NCBI GenBank assembly: GCA_050014495.1
Contig: JBEKDF010000009.1
Location: 14,229 to 78,228, forward strand
From: Candidatus Bathyarchaeia archaeon
GTDB lineage: Archaea; Thermoproteota; Bathyarchaeia; TCS64
DNA: 64,000 bases
Direction: 5' to 3'
Each line of letters begins with the position of its first letter. Position 1 is the stretch's first letter. The position numbers and the translations under genes were made by a program. Below, in pieces: positions 7,710-15,826 of this stretch. The notes beneath the pieces were generated by a model. The model worked only from the letters and a program-made list of their open reading frames with translations. It did not search any database and was not told the DNA's origin.

Positions 7710-8443
7710 GCCTCGTCGATGAGCACCTCGCCCAACGCGAGGAGAACCGCAGAACCCGAGTCCCCGGCGTCGTCTACGTCACCGATATCGTCAAGCCCTG
7801 CCAGCGCGGCGCCTACTACACCGCCATACTCAACAAGGCCGCCTCCCCCGAATCCCTCCGCATCTTCGAGGCCGGAAACCTAATCGAGGACTGGTGGATC
7901 AACGCCGTCCTCAGTGGCCGCAAGGACCTCCATGTAGTCGCCACCCAGCTCCCGGCCCGTTACGTTGATGAGGCCGGCGCCTTCGAGATCCACGGCCGAG
8001 TCGACGCCCTAATCCAGCATGGCGACCGAGCCCTCGTGGTCCACGAGGTCAAAAGCCAGAGAACCGCTTCCTGGCTCCGCGAACCGAAGCCAGAGCATGT
8101 TGAGCAGCTCCAGTTCTACCTCGCCGCCCTCGGCCTCGACTGGGGCCAAGTCGACTACCTCGACAAGACCATCCTCCTCCAGGGCCGCGACGTGAAGGCC
8201 CGACCAGGCAAAGGCGGAACCGTCGACAAGAGCTTCCCCGTCCAGCGCGATACACGGGTCTTCGCGGAGCTCGTCCGCCGCGGCCGCCTCCTCGCCGAGG
8301 CCATCAGGGCCGGGAAACCACCCGCGAAGGCTGAGTGCTGGATGTGTCAAGGATATTGTGACTACGCGGCTGAATGCCGCGCCGAGGATGGTGAAGGGCC
8401 GCTAAATGCGGGACTCAACGTCGTCGAGGAGACATCGCCTTGA
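7706..8443 (+). CDS. Cas4/RecB-like PD-(D/E)xK nuclease with Cys cluster
   Basis: N-terminal Cys (VTDIVKPCQRGAYY), a nuclease core (HGRVDAL...VHEVKS...QLQFY) and a C-terminal ECWMCQGYCDYAAEC. This is the Cas4-type one-plus-three cysteine arrangement. Confidence 0.7.
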   Translation: MSLVDEHLAQREENRRTRVPGVVYVTDIVKPCQRGAYYTAILNKAASPESLRIFEAGNLIEDWWINAVLSGRKDLHVVATQLPARYVDEAGAFEIHGRVDALIQHGDRALVVHEVKSQRTASWLREPKPEHVEQLQFYLAALGLDWGQVDYLDKTILLQGRDVKARPGKGGTVDKSFPVQRDTRVFAELVRRGRLLAEAIRAGKPPAKAECWMCQGYCDYAAECRAEDGEGPLNAGLNVVEETSP

Positions 8444-8586
8444 CGAAGAAGAACCGCCGCGCGCGCGTCCCCAGACCACTACCTCCGATCATCAAGCCGG
8501 GCTGCCCGAAGTGCGCCGAGAACAAGGCTGCGGGCCTCACTCACTGCCTCAGGTGCGGCGCAGACCTCAAAAGGTGGATGCCATGA
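8440..8586 (+). CDS. small zinc-ribbon protein (48 aa, not in ORF track)
   Basis: TTG start in a TTGA overlap. Translation TKKNRRARVPRPLPPIIKPGCPKCAENKAAGLTHCLRCGADLKRWMP carries CPxC...CLxC. The stop sits in an ATGA overlap with the next gene. Confidence 0.35.
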   Translation: MTKKNRRARVPRPLPPIIKPGCPKCAENKAAGLTHCLRCGADLKRWMP

Positions 8587-8774
8587 AAATCATCGATGTC
8601 ATCGTGCCCGAGATCGAGGGTCAACTCGCTAAAGAGCTGCACAAATCACCAACGATGATCCGATTCTACGCCTGTAGAATGACCCTTGAACTTGAACTTG
8701 GTCGGCAGATGACACCTGAGGAGCAACACGAACTCGCAAAATATGTCTATGAGATCCACAGGAGGGCCCGCTGA
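8583..8774 (+). CDS. hypothetical protein
   Basis: 63 aa from the ATG at 8583 (MKIIDVIVPEIEG...). This is preferred over the 122-aa track ORF 8406-8774, whose N-terminal part is Arg/Pro-rich and overlaps two better ORFs. Confidence 0.35.
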   Translation: MKIIDVIVPEIEGQLAKELHKSPTMIRFYACRMTLELELGRQMTPEEQHELAKYVYEIHRRAR

Positions 8775-8823
8775 TGCCTCAGATCCTTGACGACCTAGAC
8801 GAGTTGGCGCCGCGGAGGTGTGA

Positions 8824-9081
8824 TTGAAGTCCTTGCAGGCCTACTCCCCTAAGCTGGTTCGAGTCCGATACATGGATCACGTTCTATTCAGATATGTTGA
8901 TCCACGGACAGTGGGGCCAGTTCTGAGGGAGGCGGTGGGTTGGATAATCGCCCAGGACGATGAGGCTGTGACCATCCTCTTCGACAGGGCCCTGGAGCTC
9001 CAGGAGCGTGAGAAGCCTGATCTGGCCTCAGGGCTCAGGATCCTGAGGAGCTGCATAAAGGAGATCGAAGAAATTGGTTGA
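8824..9081 (+). CDS. hypothetical protein
   Basis: 85-aa ORF with a TTG start, the last gene of the GC-rich same-strand block. Confidence 0.35.
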   Translation: MKSLQAYSPKLVRVRYMDHVLFRYVDPRTVGPVLREAVGWIIAQDDEAVTILFDRALELQEREKPDLASGLRILRSCIKEIEEIG

Positions 9082-9276
9082 TCAATCTTCTTTTCTAAAA
9101 GACACACTAGACTTTTCGACATCGACAGAGGCCGTCAATTCTTCCTGTCCTTCAATTTTTAGGATTTTTACAGCTGCGCTTGGAATAGTCACTAAGAAAC
9201 TGCCCCTTTGTCGTTTCTGTACTTTGACTTTTCCCACGTCTATTTCGACCATATTCGCTACCGCTTTATCTACCAC
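9082..9276 (-). CDS. AbrB/SpoVT/MazE-type DNA-binding protein
   Basis: 64 aa. KVQKRQRGSFLVTIPSAAVKILKIEGQEEL fits the swapped-hairpin AbrB fold pattern. It lies in a short AT-rich segment. Confidence 0.55.
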   Translation of the reverse strand: MVDKAVANMVEIDVGKVKVQKRQRGSFLVTIPSAAVKILKIEGQEELTASVDVEKSSVSFRKED

Positions 9277-9346
9277 AGAGTTAAATATAAGCCTTCATAA
9301 ATTATGTGGTAGATATGGCGGTAGAATCAACGGTTGGTAATGATGT

Positions 9347-9652
9347 ATGATGAAACTCCTGTTAGATGAGAACTGCTCGAACTTGGGACCAGCCCTCAAG
9401 GAGTTGGGTTGGAGCGTCTACACCGTTCCTGAGGTGATAGACCGGCCAGCTGGCTGTAAGAGCGTTACGGATGACAGGATCCTGGAGTTCGCTAAAGCCG
9501 AGAAGTACGTGATCATCACGAAGGACCAGGGACTCAAGGACCAATGCCAGAATGCTGAAGTCCCCTATGTCGGTTTAGGAGGTGTCGAGGAGGAGGCCGG
9601 TATCGTCGACCGGAAACTCAGGAAGGTAGTAGCCTGGAAGAGGTACCTCTAG
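9347..9652 (+). CDS. DUF5615-family (PIN-like/Mut7-C-like) protein
   Basis: MKLLLDENCSNLGPALKELGWSVYTV...DDRILEFAKAEKYVIITKDQG matches the typical DUF5615 N-terminal LLDEN motif and the central xxTxDxD/G motif. Confidence 0.6.
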   Translation: MMKLLLDENCSNLGPALKELGWSVYTVPEVIDRPAGCKSVTDDRILEFAKAEKYVIITKDQGLKDQCQNAEVPYVGLGGVEEEAGIVDRKLRKVVAWKRYL

Positions 9653-9653
9653 A

Positions 9654-11039
9654 ATGGCCGAGTCCAAACAATTCAAAGAGATCACACTTACCCACAGCTC
9701 CCGAGGCAGGAAGCTGAGTAGGCCAATCACATTCAGGATCATAATTGCTAGGAGCCCTGGAGAAAAGGCTGTCCAGGACTACGTGATCGAGTCTTTATCC
9801 ATAAAAATGCCGAGTCTGATCCCCTTCGTCTTCGAGAATAGCACCGTGGTGAATCGAGCCAAGGATCTTAAATTCCACTACATTGGGAGCCCCGCGACAC
9901 TCTACCAGGACGTATATGGAGTCTATCGATTCAGTAAGTGGATAGGCCAGTCACCTGATGAGCTCTTCAAGGGATGCCTGAACAGGAAAGGTAAGCCTGA
10001 TCCATCTAGACTAGACGAGCTCAAGAGACGTCTCGACGACTTCATGTGTGATCTCAAGGCGGGAAATACCGCTCCGAGTACCGTGGCCAACTACGTGAAG
10101 GGAGTAAAAGGCCTCTTCAAGTCGAACGGTGTCCCTCTTGAATTACCTTTCAGGATCAGTCGTAAGAAAGCGGAGCCGGATCATTCTCCGACCCCTGAGG
10201 AGCTTCAGCAAGTTCTTGACATCGCTGCTCCAAGAGAGAGGGCGATCGTGAGCTTCCTAGCTCTAACTGGAGTCCGGGAGGGAACCCTTGTGAGACTCAA
10301 GTATCGACACGTTCAGCAAGATCTCGAGGCCAGAGTTTCACCCATCCACATTCACGTTGAGGTCGATATCACAAAGGGCGAGTATGGCGCCTTCGATACC
10401 TTCCTGGCCGGTGAGGGTGTCGAGTACCTGAAGGCCTACCTTCAATCCAGGAGGGCAGGAACAGAGAAGATCCCATCCGAGGAGATCATGCCAGACTCGC
10501 CCCTCTTCAGCTGGGCCTCATGCGGAAGGCCTCTCACAGAGTCAAGGATCCACGCCCTGGTGAGTCGCCTATACCTGAGGGCCGGGATCATCTCAAAGGC
10601 CGATAAAGGTAGAAGGTACAGGGTCAGGCCTCACAGCCTGAGGAAGTACTTCAGGACCCAGCTCGCAGCTCTATCAATCCCCACCGATCACGTTGAGTAC
10701 ATGATGGGCCACGTGATGAGCACCTACAATGACGTTCAGAGCCTGGGTATCGAGAAGCTAAGAAATGAGTACGCCACAGCTGGACTCAGCATCAGGCCGA
10801 GGACCAGAGCCAGTAAGATCGAGATGGTCAAGTCGATGCTTGAGTCCATAGGGGTGTCACCTGAGGAGATGAGAGCAGCTCTAGTTAAGCCAAACAGGAC
10901 CGTGATCGGCCTGGAGGATGGAGAGGCAGTTCAGCTTAAGGCTCTCCAGGGTGTCATGAAGAGAGCTCTCCTTAAGGAACTTGGTATAAATTCATGGCTA
11001 GAGAGTGGTAGCCCGGCGGAGATTCGAACTCCGGTCTAA
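9654..11039 (+). CDS. tyrosine-type integrase whose 3' end overlaps tRNA-Gln
   Basis: 461 aa. Motifs: LALTGVREGTLVRLKY (R), RPHSLRKYFRT (HxxR), YMMGHVMSTYNDV (H, Y). The last 11 codons (GSPAEIRTPV) are antisense to the acceptor/T-arm of the tRNA. Confidence 0.8.
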   Translation: MAESKQFKEITLTHSSRGRKLSRPITFRIIIARSPGEKAVQDYVIESLSIKMPSLIPFVFENSTVVNRAKDLKFHYIGSPATLYQDVYGVYRFSKWIGQSPDELFKGCLNRKGKPDPSRLDELKRRLDDFMCDLKAGNTAPSTVANYVKGVKGLFKSNGVPLELPFRISRKKAEPDHSPTPEELQQVLDIAAPRERAIVSFLALTGVREGTLVRLKYRHVQQDLEARVSPIHIHVEVDITKGEYGAFDTFLAGEGVEYLKAYLQSRRAGTEKIPSEEIMPDSPLFSWASCGRPLTESRIHALVSRLYLRAGIISKADKGRRYRVRPHSLRKYFRTQLAALSIPTDHVEYMMGHVMSTYNDVQSLGIEKLRNEYATAGLSIRPRTRASKIEMVKSMLESIGVSPEEMRAALVKPNRTVIGLEDGEAVQLKALQGVMKRALLKELGINSWLESGSPAEIRTPV

Positions 11040-11081
11040 GGGTCCAAAGCCCTCCATCCTTGTCCACTAGACGACCGGGCT
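11006..11081 (-). tRNA. tRNA-Gln (anticodon UUG), CCA encoded
   Basis: Minus-strand sequence AGCCCGGTCGTCTAGTGGACAAGGATGGAGGGCTTTGGACCCTTAGACCGGAGTTCGAATCTCCGCCGGGCTACCA. It folds with a 7-bp acceptor stem, a T-arm CGGAG/TTCGAAT/CTCCG, and an anticodon stem GAGGG/CCCTT with loop CTTTGGA. A TATA-like TTAATAG lies about 30 nt upstream. Confidence 0.85.
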
Positions 11082-11172
11082 CCAGCATCCAATACCACGC
11101 ATGACTCTATTAAGGCTTAACCGAAGGGGCTAAACCCAAATACCTCATCCACGTCCCTAGTGACTGAATTAA

Positions 11173-11451
11173 ATGGAGTTGACCTCAAAGATGCGTGCTG
11201 GGCTTAGAGCCCGGGCGCACGGCCTTGACCCTGTGGTCCAGATTGGTAAGTTTGGTGTAACCCCTGAGGCGCTAGCAAATATAGATAAAGCATTATCTGA
11301 CCATGAGCTAATAAAAATTAAGTTCATAGGATTCAAGGAAGCACGCATCGAGCTATCATCTGAGATAGCTGGTGCAACCGGTTCTATTCTCATCGATGTA
11401 ATAGGTAACGTCGCCATTTTATATCGAGTTAATCCCAGAGTGTCCGATTAA
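11173..11451 (+). CDS. YhbY/CRM-domain RNA-binding protein
   Basis: LRARAHGLDPVVQIGKFGVTPEALANIDKALSDHELIKIKF closely follows the YhbY (CRS1_YhbY) pattern. Confidence 0.75.
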   Translation: MELTSKMRAGLRARAHGLDPVVQIGKFGVTPEALANIDKALSDHELIKIKFIGFKEARIELSSEIAGATGSILIDVIGNVAILYRVNPRVSD

Positions 11452-11715
11452 ATGACACCGCTTTTTGTATTATTCCCAAATTTCCACTTGAAGCTACGCA
11501 GATAACTTCGGCTTACTCTTCTCATGGATCCTTGATGTATTAGTGATCGCAGCCTACTCATTCCTAAACTCTTACTTTATGTTTAACCCCTTCTACATTT
11601 TCATTCCCTTCATGGTCTCCCTAGAGAATGAGAAGAATTACTAGTCCTCGTTGAACGTAGTGAGAAAAAATACACGTTTTAAGACTAGAACTACTCTACA
11701 ATCCATTATTTAGGT

Positions 11716-12351
11716 TTAAGTTTCTGTTCCTTTTCCTTTTTCTGAGTTCTTGTAAGCCGTGAAAACCCTGAATCCACTACCCCTGGATGTGACTTCGATA
11801 TTCCCGAAAGTTTCCTCAATTATCCTTGATAGTGTTCTTCCACCCTTATTCGATTGAACGACTAGCTGAAAGGCTCCACCATCCACAAGGTGATTGCGGG
11901 CATTAACTATCATGGGCTTAACGGTTGTGTCTATTCCTGCGGAAATGGGTGGGTTGGTGACTATAAGGTCAAATTTAAGTTTATTAACTGGCTTGTAAAG
12001 ACTGCCCAGTCTCACAGTGGCCTTCACGCCATTGCGCCTCACATTAGCCTCAGCGAGAGAAGCCGCACGCATGTTTACATCTGTCAACCAGACTTCGAGG
12101 GAAGGATTGAGTCTCGCTGCAACTATTCCTACGACACCATAGCCGCAGCCAAGATCGAGAGCCCTCCCTTCCTTAGGCAGTTTCATGGCCTCGATGAGGA
12201 GACGTGTCCCCGAATCTACGCGCTTGTGACTAAATACTCCTGAGTTCGTCTCGAACTCGAAATCAAGGCCTTTAAGCTTAGTTTTTATGAGACCTCTCTT
12301 ATCAGGGGAGGTTGGGTTCTCGGAGAAGTAGTACTCGGACACGCTTACCAC
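11716..12351 (-). CDS. class I SAM-dependent methyltransferase (MTS/RsmC-RsmD-like)
   Basis: SAM motif I ALDLGCGYGVVGIVAA and catalytic motif IVTNPPISAG. Confidence 0.7.
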   Translation of the reverse strand: MVSVSEYYFSENPTSPDKRGLIKTKLKGLDFEFETNSGVFSHKRVDSGTRLLIEAMKLPKEGRALDLGCGYGVVGIVAARLNPSLEVWLTDVNMRAASLAEANVRRNGVKATVRLGSLYKPVNKLKFDLIVTNPPISAGIDTTVKPMIVNARNHLVDGGAFQLVVQSNKGGRTLSRIIEETFGNIEVTSRGSGFRVFTAYKNSEKGKGTET

Positions 12352-13325
12352 GTTTTAGGATAGGTACCTCTGATCATGATGACACGCTCGGGTATTGCAG
12401 CGATGCCATGCTCCTCCTTGAGTATTGTCTCGGTATTCATTTCCGCCTTCATTAGGGCGACGGCCTCATTACGCTGCGTCATTACAGCTATGAGACTCTT
12501 TGGCTCTATTCCGGATTCTAAGCGGAGTATACCGGGGACAGCGAGTTGAGCCCCCGTGCAGAGTGCCTCGACTGCGGAGTCCCTAACCCAGACATGGGGC
12601 AGGAGCGCGAGTGCCTCCTCGACCGGGTGAAGTATATTCATCAGTGGAGCCTCATTTCCTTCTCTGTATTGGTCCATCGCATCTGCGATATCGTAGAGAG
12701 TGACTGCTTGAGACTCAGTGAATGGGCCACTACGAATACGACGGAGCTCCTGCATGTGGGCGCCACAGCCAAGTACCTCACCAACGTCACTACAAAGTTT
12801 CCTGATATATGTCCCACTCTGGCAGGCGACCTTGAAGAGCCAGTTCCTGCCGTCGCCCTCAAGATAATCTATCCTATAGATATATCGTGTGCGGAGGCGT
12901 CTGCTCACAGCAGAACGGAGGGGCGGCCTTTGGTAGATCTCACCCTCGAACTGCTTCAGCGTTTCTACAAGGTGTTTCTCTTCTATATCCTCATGAGTAC
13001 GCATTATGGCTACATACTCCTTCCCCGAGTCAAGGAGTGCCTGCACACACTTCGTGGAGTCCTCAAGGGTAACAGGAAGAACACCTGTAACTTTGGGATC
13101 GAGAGTGCCCCCATGACCAACGTGGTCGAGTTCCATCAACTTCTTAACCCAAGCTACAACCTCATGGCTCGTAGGACCAGGTACTTTGTCGACGATAACA
13201 ACGCCTCGTTTGAGCATCTGCTGGAGATTCCTCTCTTCGGTTGGAATGCCAAGGCTGGTATTGGGCTCCTCTTCAGCGCGTGTGTAGATGGTCCGTTTTA
13301 TCTCCCAGGCAGGTTGCTCCGGCAT
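12345..13325 (-). CDS. cbf5: H/ACA RNP pseudouridine synthase Cbf5 (TruB family with PUA domain)
   Basis: VVIVDKVPGPTSHEVVAWVKKL...HGGTLDPKVTGVLPV contains the TruB catalytic Asp motif. A C-terminal PUA-like domain is present. 326 aa. Confidence 0.9.
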   Translation of the reverse strand: MPEQPAWEIKRTIYTRAEEEPNTSLGIPTEERNLQQMLKRGVVIVDKVPGPTSHEVVAWVKKLMELDHVGHGGTLDPKVTGVLPVTLEDSTKCVQALLDSGKEYVAIMRTHEDIEEKHLVETLKQFEGEIYQRPPLRSAVSRRLRTRYIYRIDYLEGDGRNWLFKVACQSGTYIRKLCSDVGEVLGCGAHMQELRRIRSGPFTESQAVTLYDIADAMDQYREGNEAPLMNILHPVEEALALLPHVWVRDSAVEALCTGAQLAVPGILRLESGIEPKSLIAVMTQRNEAVALMKAEMNTETILKEEHGIAAIPERVIMIRGTYPKTW

Positions 13326-13586
13326 GACTTATCCCCACGTGAATCCATGCCCAGGTCTATAAGCATGGCGCATCTTGAGTAGATGGTCAGTACGAACGCG
13401 AAAACTTCACTAATTGTACCAGTTTATTCGTTCATTACTTAATTTCTAAAATATAATATAAAAATAACTGCCAATCTCTTCATTGTTGTCTACTTTCACA
13501 TAACAAAGTTCCCCTCTTATTAGGGATGGTTTATTTCTATGTGAAGAATGGATGTGTTAAGCAGTCGTTAACTCAACGGTGTATGA

Positions 13587-14801
13587 ATGGTCCAAACCCA
13601 AAAAGCGTCGGTCGACGCTGTCCGTAGGCTTCAGCTAGAGAAACAAGGGATAGGCGAGCTACCAAAGAGTACGACAAAGAAGAGGATAGAAGAAACCCTA
13701 GGACGCCTCGGCTGTGTTCAGATAGATACGATAAATGTCGTGGAGCGTGCCCATTATCTTACCCTTTGGAGTAGGCTAGGACAGTATAAAAAGAGTGATC
13801 TGTACTCCCTCGCTTACGAGGATAGACTTGTTTTCGAGGGGTGGGGTCACGCCATGTGTTATATGCCCATGGACCATTGGAGGTTTCTAATCGCTGCTAA
13901 CCAGGATAGAGCTAAAAACAGGGTCTTACACACAGGCTGGTTCAGCCAAGTTGATCCGAACATAGTCGACTTAGTCCTGAACAGGGTCAGAAGGGAGGGA
14001 CCGTTGGGGAGCTCCGCCTTTGAGGGGAAGAAGCCGATAGGAGGCTGGTGGGGATGGAAACCTGCGAAGCGAGCCCTCGAGGCTCTATTCAGCTCAGGCG
14101 ACCTCATGGTGACACGTCGAGATGGCTTTCAGAGAATATACGATCTCACTGAAAGGGTGCTCCCAAGTTGGGTGGACACCTCCGAGCCTACTGAGGATGA
14201 GCGGACCAAGTTCTTCGTAACTCGAACACTCGCCTCACTCGGTGCCACAAAACCCGTCGATATTAAATCCTATTATCAAACATGGTGCGTCAAGCTTGGG
14301 TTGACCACTAAGCAGATTAAAGCACTCCTTGACGGACTCGTGGAAAAGGATCTCGCTACAAAGGTGAGCATCGAAGGAATCCGGACACCGTACTACTGCC
14401 TCGTCGAAGATGCGGTTAGGTTGGATGAGCTGGATAGAGACTGGAGCTACGGAGATGTACACCTAATAAACTACTTCGACAGCCTCCTCTGGCATTCCGA
14501 TAGGCTTGTAACACTCTTCGGATTCGAGCGTGTACTCGAAGTCTATCTGAAACCCGAGGACCGAAAATTTGGCTACTTCACAATCCCCATACTCTATGGG
14601 GACAAGCTTATTGGGCGCCTGGACCCGAAATTGGAAAGAAAGGAGAAGAAGCTTATTTTAAGGGGCCTTTGGTATGAGGCTGGCTTCAAGCCAGACGAAG
14701 TTTACAATAACGAGTTCGACAAGACGTTAAACGACTTCGCTCGTTTTAATGGTGCAGAGAAGATTGAGTGGCAGTTGAAAAAAGTGCCTACTTCTGCTTG
14801 A
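13587..14801 (+). CDS. winged-helix YcaQ/AlkZ-like protein (DUF1006, crosslink-repair glycosylase family)
   Basis: LGCVQIDTINVVERAHYLTLWSRL and FGYFTIPILYGDKLIGRLDPK are typical of the YcaQ family. Confidence 0.65.
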   Translation: MVQTQKASVDAVRRLQLEKQGIGELPKSTTKKRIEETLGRLGCVQIDTINVVERAHYLTLWSRLGQYKKSDLYSLAYEDRLVFEGWGHAMCYMPMDHWRFLIAANQDRAKNRVLHTGWFSQVDPNIVDLVLNRVRREGPLGSSAFEGKKPIGGWWGWKPAKRALEALFSSGDLMVTRRDGFQRIYDLTERVLPSWVDTSEPTEDERTKFFVTRTLASLGATKPVDIKSYYQTWCVKLGLTTKQIKALLDGLVEKDLATKVSIEGIRTPYYCLVEDAVRLDELDRDWSYGDVHLINYFDSLLWHSDRLVTLFGFERVLEVYLKPEDRKFGYFTIPILYGDKLIGRLDPKLERKEKKLILRGLWYEAGFKPDEVYNNEFDKTLNDFARFNGAEKIEWQLKKVPTSA

Positions 14802-15564
14802 TTGTGCGGGTAGTGAGTTTGGGCTCACCACGGATAACCTTGACCATCTCAACGGCTTCTTTCACAGCTTCATCCTCGCCATCGAGGAGGAATATCTTGG
14901 CCCCCTCAGCTCCGTCAATTCCTCCGCCGCCGATTGGGACAACATCGACTCCGAAGAGCTCCTTGAATGCCTCCATTTCGGTGATTATATAACCGCCTAT
15001 GACCATTATTCCACACTTTACGTCTAGAGCAGTATCAATCTTCATGATGCCCATTCTATTAACAGCGTCTGTAAGGTTGATTGGTACGAGCTTCTCTAGG
15101 CCCGCGGCGATTATTGTTGTTATACCGTTACTTGTGAGGTAACCCCAGGCTGCTCCTATCGTGCCCCCACCGATTCCTCCGAGGAGGATACCAGCCTGAC
15201 CAAAGGGATCGATAGCGTTGGCGCCCTTGATGAAGACATCACCCGGCCCCATCTCCTTGAGAATGTCGGGGAGTTCGGGTACCTTAACTGTCTTCACCTT
15301 TCCCTTCTGGATGACCGTGTGGTCACCGCGTCCTTTTGCCTCAGTTATTTGAAGCCCATCCTTAGTGACGACACCAGCAGTAAACATCCCCTTTTCCTTA
15401 ATCTCCTTCCCCAGGAGTTCCTCGAGAACATAGGCGTTAGTCGTGCTCGTGGCAATTATGACCGTGCCATTCTCCTTTGCGAGTTTGACGATCTCCATGT
15501 GACCTATCGCTTTAGCGATGAGTCTCTTCCCTTCTGAGGGGGTGAGAACTACCTCAGCTAACAA
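14788..15564 (-). CDS. conserved hypothetical protein (Gly-rich, Rossmann-like)
   Basis: 258-aa ORF with coding-like composition and Gly-rich loops (GGIGGGTIGAAWG, PIGGGGIDGAEG). No family was recognised. Confidence 0.5.
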   Translation of the reverse strand: MLAEVVLTPSEGKRLIAKAIGHMEIVKLAKENGTVIIATSTTNAYVLEELLGKEIKEKGMFTAGVVTKDGLQITEAKGRGDHTVIQKGKVKTVKVPELPDILKEMGPGDVFIKGANAIDPFGQAGILLGGIGGGTIGAAWGYLTSNGITTIIAAGLEKLVPINLTDAVNRMGIMKIDTALDVKCGIMVIGGYIITEMEAFKELFGVDVVPIGGGGIDGAEGAKIFLLDGEDEAVKEAVEMVKVIRGEPKLTTRTIKQK

Positions 15565-15826
15565 GTTTAATCCTCCGATTCTTATGGTAGCCTCCGAGGG
15601 TTCTGTTTAAAAACTTAGCTAAACTAAGGAGGGTTTAACGGCAGCTATAAACCGCTATGACTAGGTAAAGGACTCATAATACGTAATTCGAATAATAATA
15701 TCACATATTACGGTGATGGACTGGACGGAATCGTAGGCTTATTGATGAATACTGGAAATGACACTCCTGACCTTTGGGGTTTTTAACTGGTGCTTGTAAA
15801 GTAGTGCAGGATACAACACATTAGCG

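Larger units (their letters stand above)
540..11039 (+). mobile_element. integrated plasmid/virus-like element(s) at tRNA-Gln; possibly two tandem elements split near 9300
   Basis: A visibly GC-richer, same-strand, overlap-packed gene block (2291-9081). Contents: two tyrosine recombinases, an RHH protein, a P-loop NTPase and a Cas4-like nuclease. The right end abuts and overlaps the 3' half of tRNA-Gln. The left border is only compositional; no exact att repeat was found by eye. Confidence 0.55.

Noticed and set aside
8406-8774. 122-aa track ORF treated as one gene.
   Set aside because: Its first half is Arg/Pro-rich and overlaps the Cas4-like gene end and a better zinc-ribbon ORF in another frame. 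The ATGA junction at 8583 fits the pattern of the whole operon, so only 8583-8774 was kept.
8877-9122. 81-aa minus-strand ORF as a toxin partner downstream of the AbrB-type gene.
   Set aside because: It is antisense to the GC-rich gene 8824-9081, has a Ser/Arg/Leu-rich shadow-like translation and shows no PIN or MazF motifs.
11452-11715. Possible H/ACA or other sRNA in the 260-bp convergent spacer near cbf5 (9-bp inverted repeat TCTTCTCAT / ATGAGAAGA about 100 nt apart).
   Set aside because: A single short inverted repeat at that spacing is expected by chance. There is no ACA box context or K-turn pattern.
15713-15770. C/D box sRNA candidate (GTGATGG ... TGATGA ... CTGA) in the intergenic region.
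   Set aside because: The C' and D boxes are good, but the C box is imperfect, the D' position reads CGTA, the C'-to-D spacer is 18 nt instead of about 12, and there is no terminal stem. That is too weak to call without a covariance or expression check.
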